Source: Vicugna vicugna (taxonomy: Eukaryota). Taken from it: 64,000 nt of DNA. Shown here piece by piece: positions 36,518 to 46,659 of this stretch. A program made the translations under genes and the position numbers. The stretch is taken from positions 3,346,909-3,410,908 of the forward strand of contig MU057560.1 of the NCBI GenBank assembly GCA_013265495.1, written 5' to 3'. A model generated the notes under the pieces. It had not been told where the DNA came from. It saw only the letters and a program-made list of their open reading frames with translations, and made no database searches. Every line of letters begins with the position of its first letter. The stretch's first letter is position 1.

Positions 36518-38245
36518 GTCCTCAGACTTCCCCTCACCTGCTGTCTCTCAGCAATGACCTTACACGTGCACCAATATTGAGAAAGTGTGGATGCTGTGGG
36601 TGACAGGGACGGAGTTACTTACATTCCTTGAGCTTTGGTGTAATACTTCCTAAAATGGGACAATGACACCCTCTTCCCTGGAGGTGGGAATCCCCAGTTC
36701 TCAGGGACCAGAAATGCCAATGGTCCCCACTTCCTGGGGGGCACAGTGGACCCCAGGAGTTAAAACTGAAGTTGGATTTGTGATTGAGTGGCCAGGGAAA
36801 GGCTTTTGGTCCCAAGGAGAAGACGTCCCCATTCCTTTCACCTGAGTCTGTTTCACACTGTTGCCTTGTACCCTGTGGGCACTGGGGGACAATGAGGCGA
36901 GGGTCAGGGAGCACCCTGGACGAAATGAACCTGAGTCACGTTCCTCTGTCCATTAACCAGCAAGAGGTGCCTCTTACACGGCACCCAGTATCCTGCAGGG
37001 ATGAAATTTAGTGCAGGGACTTTCTGGGCTACCCCTTTGCATGTTTAGGGGGGAGGGCTCCATGGTGCTGCTTCTCCAGATTTTGTATTTCAGGCCCCCG
37101 TCCCAACTCTGCGTTTTCTCAGGTGTGCTGACTCTTCATGTGGAGACGAGGCATCTGTCCACATGAAGACCCAGCGATACCAGGCCTGCAAGCGCTTGGG
37201 ATTGACAGGGCCCTGCACATTCAGGAGGCAGACGGCGCCAGCTGGCTCACCCGGACACAGCCTTTACATCCACAGCCCCCCGAGGCTCCCTGTCGTCCTG
37301 CCGCTTGAATGCCCTGGGCCTTCACGAGGCTGCCGCTCGAGTCGGGCGTGGGAATGCTGATGAGGATGGGTATCAACAGAGTTTTGTGTAAAAGGAAGCC
37401 AGTGGGTTTTGTGCAAGTTTAAAAGAAAAAGGACTTGAATGTACAAAAGTCACCAAAACCCACGTTCAGGTTTTACTGCTTTGTTTTCAGGCCCTGTTGC
37501 TGCATCACGTGTTTACACGCGATCTCACTGTCAGACTCACCGACTGCAGCAGATTTGGCAACTTGCAGGTCACGGAACCCTAGGAGCTGGATGCTAGACA
37601 CTGCCTGGGGGAGGACCGTGCTTCCCGTGAGACGGATCCTTCACTGACAGTGTCCGACGGCGGAAACACTCCTGCACAGCCATGCCGGGCACGGCCACGC
37701 CAGGCATGGCCTCCTTTGTCGTTTTCTTTGAGGGAAGCATATTTGCAATAAAACTGACACATGAGACTCTGCTTGTGCTGACCACCCGCAAGTCTCCCTC
37801 GTCCGTGAGGCTCTGCCCGGTCCGACTCACGGGGCCACATCTCAGTCTTCCAGGTGTCCCTAGGGAGCCGGGCAGAGGCCTCTCACAGAGAAGGGGAAGC
37901 TGATGGCCTGACCCTAGCTGGCACGCCGGCCACGCCCAGGACGCTGGCCGCCACTGGCCGCGGGGTCCAGCACAGGGGACACTTTCCTGATCACTGCGGG
38001 TTATTTGAGGGGTTCGTGGAGATGTTTCTTGTGGATGTCACGAGCTCCTTAGGAAGCTGTAATAACAAACCCTCGTTTGTGCATGGCTTCTGCGTGTCAC
38101 ACCTCTCGCGACCCCGCCCATGCAGCGCCACCACAGGGGGAGGCCCCGCTCTCCATGTGCGCAGATGAGCAGGCCCGGTGGGCAGCAGGTGTGGTGTCTG
38201 CTCCCTTCCCCCAAGAGGCCCTTTTCCTCTCCAGTGCACAGTGTC

Positions 38246-38650
38246 TGCACTGGTCAGGTTCTCCAGAGAACGGAGCCGGAGGACGTGCCCACAGGAGTCA
38301 GGGACAAGCAACGGTGGAGGCTGACAAGCCCCAGACCTGCCGGACGAGCCTGCACACTGGAGACCAGGGCGGCCGGTGCTTCAGTCTGAACCTGGAGGCA
38401 GGAAAAAGTGGATGTCAAGGCTCAAGGCCACCAGGCAGGAGGAGTTCGTCTACACAGGAAAAGGCTGGCCCTTTTGTTCCTTCAGGTCTTCAACTGATTG
38501 CATGTTGGGAGGCAGCCTGTTTGCTCCGTCTGCAGATTTACATGCTAATCTCATCCAAAGCACCTTCACAGACACACCTAGAAGGATGTTTCATCAAATA
38601 TCTGGGCATCCGTGGCCCCATCAAGCAGACACATAAAATCACCCATCTCA
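38246..38650 (-). mobile_element. MLT2 (ERVL) solo LTR with both termini
   Basis: Starts tgcactggtcaggttctccagaga and ends gacacataaaatcacccatctca, matching the antisense MLT2 consensus (tgtattagtcagggttctccagaga ... gacacataaaattaaccatcaca) as recalled. Confidence 0.85.
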
Positions 38651-39053
38651 GCATCTTAGAACTCTGTCCTTTCTCCTCACAGCGAAGTTGTTTCTGAACA
38701 ACGTGCTCATCATGGGGCCTGATGACTGGGCTCCTCCAGGAACGGCCAGGAGCCCACAGGGTGCCTGGTGTCCTGCTGATGACACTTCAGACTCTCGCTG
38801 GCTGGTCACAAGCACCCACAGTGAGCGTCCTGCCTCCCTGCTGCAGGGAAGAGAGGGGACGTCTGTGAGAGGCGAGGGTTGCAGTGGCCACTGTACCGGC
38901 ATCTGGTCAGGGTCAGCTCCAGCGATTGGGCGCCCCCTCCACTGCTGGACACGCACCTGGGCCAGGTGCCGGCTCCGGGGGTGGGAAGGGCTGGAGGGGA
39001 CGCAGCCAGGCAGGGCCGGGGCTCAGGGCTGCTGAGAAGGCTGGTTTCCCCAG

Positions 39054-39191
39054 AGAGAAAGGCTGGAGCAGCTCCACAGAGAAGAGGCAGAACTGAGGAG
39101 CCAAGAGGCGAGGCAACAGATGGACCGAGGCTCCTGGGTCCGCCCCGCCCTGGCTGGCCTCCCGCCCTCTGTGACTGCATGGCTCCTTCAA
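39054..39191 (+). CDS. Unidentified candidate coding exon with a coiled-coil-like N-terminal half
   Basis: tttccccag/AGA...CAA/gtaagt; 138 bp, phase 0-0; RERLEQLHREEAELRSQEARQQMDRGSWVRPALAGLPPSVTAWLLQ; no homolog recognised. Confidence 0.35.
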
Positions 39192-39713
39192 GTAAGTTCC
39201 TGTTTCTGCTTCAACTCGCCGGTGGGAGCTCTGCTCTAGACCAGCAAATAGACAGTGATGGAAAGACCCCCGCCCGCCTTGCTGGCGCTCCCCGAGGCGG
39301 GTCAGTGCCAGCCCACGGCGAGCTGGGCTTCCACGTGCCTAAGCCCTGATGCCGAGCTCCGCGCCAGGCTGTGGGCCCCGCTCCCTCCCCGAGGGGAGGC
39401 GCTCGGGGACTGGTCCTCTCCTTTTCTGTCACCGCACAAATCACGCCGAGGCTGTTTACTCGCATCTCTGAGCCTGCAGGAGCAGAAGCCCAGTTTCCAT
39501 CCCGGGCGGGCTGCGTTTGCACCCAGAGCAGCCCCGCGCCTGTCTGCGGTCCCACACGGGCATCAGCTTCGTCTCACGGGGAAGAGCAGGCTCAGGACAC
39601 AATTTCCTCATCCCCACCCGGTGGAATGTTCCAGGGATGGATTTTCCAAAGCCTGGGGTCCTACCACCCACCCCCAGGCCCACCAAACCTCCGTGGCAGC
39701 CGCCGCCTTCCAG

Positions 39714-39801
39714 GACCGACCCACGCCTGCAGAAGAAGGTGACAAACACCCGGTCATGTTCGTCTGAGTGCGCTGACTCTGAGGAGGACTTCGTAGGTCA
39801 G
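39714..39801 (+). other. Candidate 88-bp exon downstream of the 39054 exon
   Basis: ccttccag/GAC...CAG/gtatga. Phase 0 gives DRPTPAEEGDKHPVMFV then stop; another frame is fully open (TDPRLQKKVTNTRSCSSECADSEEDFVGQ). Confidence 0.25.
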
Positions 39802-40329
39802 GTATGAGCAAAGAGAAGTGACCTTACTTTAGAAAACGCAGTGTCTCAGATCTTCAAAGGGTTTCCATCAATATTCAAGCCTGATTCTTCCAGGATGTAA
39901 CACAATTACCACGGTGAGGAGACAGTGAATCACCCAGCTGACTCACCTACTGACTTCAAGCAGAAGTCGGAAATTGTATTTTAATGTGATATCGGTGAAG
40001 CCACTTGCTCAGGGGCCAAAGTGTGAACCTGAAACCCCGTCACAGGCTTCGGCAGAACGGCCTCCGCGCCTGGGGCTGCGCCGGGACCCCGCTTTTGGGG
40101 GCGCCACACCGCCCTGCCCGGCTCCCTGACTCGGGCCAGAGGCAGAGCCACGGCCTCTCGTGAACGAGACTCCGGAAGAACGAGGCTCTTACTCAGAGGC
40201 TGCTTCCGAGGCAGCCTGCGGTACTGCAGCTTCACGTCGACAGCTGCTGCGAATCTGTTCCTCTGCGGGACTTTCTTACTCTTGCCGACAACGCTAGGAC
40301 TTTACATGAAACTCACAAAACATGGGAGA

Positions 40330-41100
40330 AAACTGGCGTCCTTAAAATGATCGAGTCTTTCAATTCAGTTAGGTCTTCAGTTCTTTTCCATGACATTTTC
40401 TGGATTTTTGCCTAAAAGTCTCACAGGTCTTTTGCCCAATGTGTCACTATTTGACACTTCATGTCACTGTAAAGGTATCTTTCGAGGTCTATTTTCTGAT
40501 TGCTTGTTGCTGGTAGGCAGAGAGAAAATGTTTCTGAGTGCGGATCTTTATCCAACGACTTGCCAAATTCAGTGACTGATTTTTAAACTTCTCTGTTTAC
40601 TTTATTGGATTTTCTACATACATAATCAGGGCTCCTACACGTAAGGGTGGACGTATGTTTTCCTTTCCAGCCCTCGTGTATTATTCCTTATTCTTGTCTC
40701 AGTCCCCGCTGGTTAAATGCCAGCAGTGACAGGGTTTCTTGCCTCCTCCCTGACCTCGCGAGCGAGGGAGGCCCACCCCCTGCAGGTTCGCACACAGCCG
40801 CCTGCAGGCTGAGAAGGGGCCTTCTCTTCCCAGTTTGCCGAGTCTTTTCCGCTGACGTTGTGCGTTCTGTGTGCGTGTGTGTGTGCGCGGCGTTTCATCG
40901 AGGACGGTCTTCTGCGTCAGCTGCCGGAAGTCCTCTTTGCTCGGCTGCTGCGGTGACCTGGCTGGTTGGCCTCGGGACGCCCACCTCGTCCTCTCCTTGC
41001 TGCGTTCTTGCTGCCTTTTCTGTTAGGTGCTCGAGATGCGTTTTTAAACCAGACAGTACAACTGAGGATTTGTCCGTTACGTTGTGTTGTTTCTCCCAGC
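40330..41100 (-). mobile_element. Old L1M ORF2 fragment
   Basis: ctattttctgattgcttgttgctggt...gattttctacatacataatc...gcagtgacagggtttcttgcc resembles antisense L1M ORF2. Confidence 0.65.
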
Positions 41101-41109
41101 TTCGCTGAG

Positions 41110-41375
41110 GTGTAATCGACAAGAGCTGTACATTTTTAAGGAACGCACTGTGATGTTTTGACATCCGTACACTCTGTGAAGCAGTTCCCACAGTCAAGCT
41201 ACCTCACACACCGTCACCTCTCACAGTTACCGTTTTTTTGCTTGTTGGTGTGGTGAGAACACAAGATCTGCTCTGTCAGTAAACTTTAAGTACACGAAAC
41301 AGAGTTATTAGCTACAGGCACCGTGCTGTGCCTGTGATGTGCCCAGAACTCACTCGCTTAACAACTAAGCTTGTC
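41110..41375 (-). mobile_element. L1MA-type 3' end
   Basis: gtacatttttaagg...gtggtgagaacacaagatctgctctgtcagtaaactttaagtac...cccagaactcactcgc resembles late L1MA 3' ends. Confidence 0.7.
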
Positions 41376-42343
41376 CCCTCTGAGTCACGTCCCCACCCTC
41401 AGGCCCTGGTCACCGCTTACTTCAGGCTTCCAGTGTCCTGCCCAAACTCTCCGCTGTGGTCTAATTCTTGCGCGTACTGTCACAGTTACAGTAAAGTCTG
41501 TGTCTGATGGGCCCCTCGGGTCTGACTTCTGTTTTCCTCTGTGCTCCTTGGATGCAGGGACATTTTTGATTGAATGCTGGACATTTCATGTAAATAATCT
41601 TAGGCATTATTTGAGGCTCTGGCTGCTTTATTCCTTCACAATAATTTAACTTTGCTTCTGACATAGCCTGGTCTAAAGGGACAGATGACTTTACGACAAT
41701 CAGGAAAGGAAAAGTTGGGGATGTTCTCTATTTCCTGTTTTTCCTTGTTTCTGGGATGTGGAAATTTGGGCCTCAACTGTGTTCCTGTGTCCCTGCTCCA
41801 GGATGAAACAGAAACCTAATGACTGTCCCTCTGTCCTCTGAGGCTTCAGAATCTCCAGCATGGATTCTGGTTTCTCATCATCAGACTCGCCTCCAGGGAA
41901 AAACCACCCTCAGACTCTCGCCGTCCCCCGGCCCCTCCCTGGCCCGGCCGTGGATGTCCTCAGCCCACAGCCTCCAGGGCGCTCGGCCACCCGGAGCCGC
42001 GTCCTGCCCACCTGCTCCAGGTGCAGCCGCCGCTGCCGGTGGGGCCCCGGTCCGCACACGACTCTCCTCCTCCTCTGGCGACGCCTCTGCCTCACTTGAG
42101 ACCTGGGTCCTGGGCTCTGTGGGCCTGACTGTCCTCCTGGAACGTCCCCTGAAAACCACAGGAGAGTCCAGTGCCTGAGCTTGGGCGTGCACTTCTCTCT
42201 CAGATTTAAGGACCTACCGTTGGAAAGCCGCACAGGTCTCGGTGTGAGGCAGGAAGCGTGCAGGGGCCTGGTCCTGCCCTTCTCGGTGTGAATAGGAGAC
42301 GGCCCCGGGGTGTCAGGGTGGCCTCCGCTCCGCCTGCGCCGGG

Positions 42344-42359
42344 CTGACAGCAGAGGGCG
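42344..42359 (+). promoter_or_regulatory. CTCF-like motif, identical 16-mer to 28505
   Basis: ctgacagcagagggcg. Confidence 0.3.
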
Positions 42360-43827
42360 TTGAAGTGTCGTCCCCGGCGTCCCCAGGGGCCCCGGGAATA
42401 TTTTACCCCTCAAAATGGTTGGTTGGAATTGCATTTCTAAGGGATTTTACATTTTGTCTGAACTTTTACAAAGGCGGCATTAGGTCCCCGTGGGACTGGC
42501 CGTGTCTCTGTGGGGCGGCTCTCAGGGCAAGCCCCTCCCTTAGCTGATTACCTGGCGCAGGGGCGTTAAGGCGTCACTGATGCCACAGTGGAGACCAGAC
42601 AACCAATACTGAATGAGGTTTCACTTAAACTCTGAGCGAAGTGGGCTCTCTCTCCACGCCAGAGCAGGCACTGCCGCACCTTTCAGGGCCGTGGGTGACA
42701 AGGAGCTGCACTGTTCAGGGCGTGTGGTTGCAGGAGGCAGAGAACCAGCTGTGGCACGGGGCCGTTCTCTGAGCCTGACGCAGGGCCGATGACCATCCAA
42801 AGCTAGTAGGATGTCCGGCTGGTCAGGGACGGGCGGGCGGCCTGCAGACGGCGGGACAGTGTGTTTGCAGCATTGAAGGCGGGGAGAGGGAGGGAAGGAC
42901 CCACATCCTTCTGTCGAAGGAGGGTTGAGCCTTGTGGGCTTTGGGCTCAGTGGTTCCTGGAGAAGCTGACTGTGAGGTAGACATCGCTGTTCAGGAGGGT
43001 CAGTGAGGGGCTCTGAAGACCCCCGTCTGCCTGCAGGAGGAACAAGGAAGGACGGGGCCCAGGGAGAGGTCAGCCCCGTGGGCCCCACAGGGGCTCCAAA
43101 GCTGAAGGCCCTTCAGACCCGTCCAGGCTCAGGAGGAGGCCCGGGTCGCTGCGGTGTGGGCTGCCGGGAGTGGGGCCAGATGCAGCCTCGGCGCTGTGCG
43201 GGGGCGGCTGGGGGAGCACCCTGTCCTGCACACACACGGCTGGACCCCTTATCCTCACGTGGGCTCTGAGGCCTCTCTCCCCTGGCTGGTGGGAGGAAGG
43301 GAAGGCTGCTTCCACGGCTGCAGCCCTGGGGCTGCTTGGGTCTCAGGCCCACATGGGGACCACGAGCACCTGCCCCACCTTCCACCACGGGTCCCTTGCC
43401 CTCAGCTGTCACCTGCACCAGCCGTGGGGCGTGACCTGGGCCTCGTCCCCGAGGGGCTGACACCTGCTGACCACGCCCTCCTCGGTCAGCTGTTGCCCAG
43501 TCCCCTGGCCGTCCGGCTGTCTGGTGCTCCTCCCTGCCCCTCCTCTGATCTCTGCCAGTTGTCCCGTCATGGGGACCTGGGCCAGTGGCACCACAGCCCT
43601 TGTCCCCCAGCTCTCTTGGTGCTGCTGGAACCACCACAGCCCTGGAGACCAGGGTCCTCGGTCACCAGAGCCGGCTCTGTAGAGCTGGACACACGGCCCT
43701 GCTGGCAACGCAGAGGATGGACAGCGGACTCCCCAGCTTCCCAAGCACGTTGCCCACACCCTCTGGGGCTGCCACGGGGACACAGAGAAGTGGCAGCTGA
43801 GGGACTGAGGGGCTCGCCGCACTCCCC

Positions 43828-43915
43828 GACCCCTCAGCTCCGACCCCTCAGCTCTGACCCCTCAGCTCTGACCCCTCAGCTCCGACCTCTCAGCTCCGAC
43901 CCCTCAGCTCTGACC
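43828..43915. repeat. 14-bp tandem repeat, 6.3 copies
   Basis: Unit gacccctcagctcY at 43828, 43842, 43856, 43870, 43884 and 43898. Confidence 0.95.
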
Positions 43916-45391
43916 TTCACCGTGTTGCTTGGCCTGGCAGCTTCCAGGAGGCATGGAGGTGGGACCGGCAGGTCCCCTCACCGCCTTTGCTCTGAAGTTG
44001 ATCCCTTTGACTGGTGGTTGATGGTATGGGTACAGCTTTCTGCACACAGTCAGGCTGCTTCTGGCTAAGGCCTCGGGTGGCCAGCACCTGCACACATGTT
44101 TGTGTCCAAACGCAGCAGGGGCCTCAGGAAAAGGGCTGCAGTGCAGCCCTTGGGACCCTCATGGCTTCTCTTCCTGTGGGTGTGATGTCATCAGTGCCAC
44201 ACGTGTGGGGACGTCCAGCTGGCTGGGCTCTCGGGGCTGCAATGCAGCAGAGTGAGCTGGCATCACAGTTTTGAGGCCCAACTATAAATATACACTGTTT
44301 TCTGCTCTGAGTGAAATGAAGACCCTCTCTGTGTGCCTCTGCTGATGAGGGCGGAGACACGCTTCCAGAGGCCAGTGGCCACAGGTGCCCCGCCTGGGCC
44401 CTTGTCACGCCGCCCTGGAAAGCAGGTCACATTGGAGATGGGCAGCAAGGGAGGGTCTCGTGTCCTCCCTCACGTGTGAAAGGTTCTATTTGTTTCTTTG
44501 TTCAGTTGGTTTTCTTTTCTGGCCTGTTTCGTAGTCACTGAAACAGACCCGTCCCTCAGGGGCTGAGGTGCTCCTTCGGGGCAGGGCTGGCACTCGTGGG
44601 ACCAGGACCAGGGTTTTGGGGTCCCCCACCTGTGCACACACGTGGTGCCCCCATGGGTGTGAGGACGTGTGCCCCATGGTCTGAATGTCTATTTTCCGCT
44701 TTCTTAGGGCTGTAGGTGTGTCAGAGGCACAGGGACGGGACCTGCAGGAGGGAAGGAAGTCTCAGCAGACGCTGCAAACCCAGCGGATCCAGTGCTTGGT
44801 CCACAACGAGCCACCCGTCAAGAGCTTACAGAAGGGCGACTGTCGGATTTGGCAAGAGAATGACAGTCACGGGAATGGAAGCTCTGCTGCAACACGCAGA
44901 CTTCTTAAATTCTTGCCACAGAGCTAGTTGAAGAAGTCGCAGACGTTTCTCATTGACCAGTTTTGATTTTTGGTTTGTTTGTTTGTTTATTTTTTATGGT
45001 CAGTTTTCTAGGCACCTCAGGGACAGGGACTGTCTTTTCAAAATTAAATGTTGTAATTACTCCCAGAGCCAGGGTGGTGGAAAAATCCAGAAACCTGAAG
45101 CAAACGTTGGATTTCTGCTGGAAAGGATGAAGCCATATGCCTGCCCCACGGGCACCATGGGGCCCTGACCCTCCAGGTAAAAACGTGCTTGGGGGAGGCT
45201 GCTCGGAGCCGCGCCCAGACATGCGGATTCCAGGCTCAACTTTTTAAGCAGTTGCGTGATTTGAACGTGTCCCTCAAATTCCTTGAGCTACAGTTTTCTC
45301 GTGAAAGTAGAAATGTTGAAAAACTCCAGCCTGTCATAACCTCATACAAAGATGAGATGAAGAAGTGTGCTTGAAAGTATTTCAAAGCCCC

Positions 45392-45470
45392 TGTGTGTGT
45401 GCATGTGTGTAGATGTGTACACCTGCGTGTGTGTTCACATGTGTGTATGTGTACACCTGCGTGTGAGCAC
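45392..45470. repeat. Alternating purine-pyrimidine tract containing a 19-bp direct repeat
   Basis: atgtgtacacctgcgtgtg at 45413 and 45447. Confidence 0.85.
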
Positions 45471-46351
45471 ATATGATGTTCGGCTTCTAACCCACTTTAA
45501 CAAATGGGTCTCCCTAGAGACAGGGAGTTGCCATCACTGCTGCCTCTCTGTCTCCCCAGAGCATGAAATACTCAGAACTTTCGTATCGACAAGCCCATCA
45601 CCATTTTCTACGCCCAGTGACAGAGGTTAAATGATTGGACGTAATAATTCCTTAGATCTTTCATTACCTACGAAGGTTGACGTCATTTCTTTATCAGCAC
45701 TTTTTTTTTGCCAAACAATGGGCTTATGAATCGTTGATCTGCGTGCCAGCTTCTCAGGGTCAGTGCGCCACACTGGCAGCTCTGAGACCCACAAACACCC
45801 ACAACCAACACCGCCAGAATCCTGCAGGCCTGTAGGACCCGGGAAGCTCCCCAGGAGGAAAGCTCAGCTCAGCGCTCTGCGGAGGAACCACGTGCTCCCT
45901 TCCTGGCTCCACACTGCGGTGCAGAAGCTGCCCGACTCGCGCAGACCCCCCCCATCGGGAGCTGCCCTGACGTGGTCCCCCCGCATCACCACGGGCTCCT
46001 TCTCCAGGTGGATTTTAGCGTCATGTTGACACTGCATGCTGACTCCTGTGCCGTCCAGGGGAGCAGGCGGGTCCTGACAAAGGGGAGCGAGCAGTGCTGA
46101 CCAGTCCCCTCACCGGAGCCTCCGGGGCTCAGCAAAGTGCACATTCTCCTCCACTTTGTTTTTCACCTGTTTCTTCACCAGGTCTCACCAATCTGTACAT
46201 TTCTCGACTTTCACTAACTTTGTTTCTGCCATCCTCCCTGGATGTTTATGACTCACCCAACGCAGCCCATTCATCTTCGGTTTAACACTTCTCACTCGAA
46301 GTACACAAACTGGCATCATGCCTGCTGTTAAACTGGAGCTGAACTCAGGTT

Positions 46352-46518
46352 GGGTTGTTGTCTGAGGTGGTGGCTGCAGGCTTCTATGGTCATCTACATT
46401 TGAATAAACCGAATTAAAATTTACATCCAAGTTCCCAGCCCCACTAGACAAGTTCCAGGTGCCGGGGCCACAGCCCAGGAACGTCCCCACCACTGGAGAG
46501 TTCGGTGGGACAGAGCAG
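46352..46518 (-). mobile_element. MER3 (hAT-Charlie) element
   Basis: Aligns by eye to antisense MER3, ending ggaacgtccccaccactggagagttcggtgggacagagcag versus agaacatttccatcatcgcagaaagttctattggacagcgctg. Confidence 0.6.
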
Positions 46519-46659
46519 GCGAGAACGTCAGTCACACCGGGGGCTGGTCTAGTTACCAGCTCCGCGCCCTGCACAGAACACAGGAGCAGAGGGGACGCTT
46601 TCTAACTCCATCTGCGAGGCCAGCGTTGCTCTAACTCCTGAACCAGAGGAAGACGTTGC

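Noticed and set aside
45234-45374. Coiled-coil-looking peptide AQLFKQLRDLNVSLKFLELQFSRESRNVEKLQPVITSYKDEMKKCA
   Set aside because: Weak acceptor, an equally plausible open frame on the opposite strand and no phase-linked partner; not distinguishable from chance
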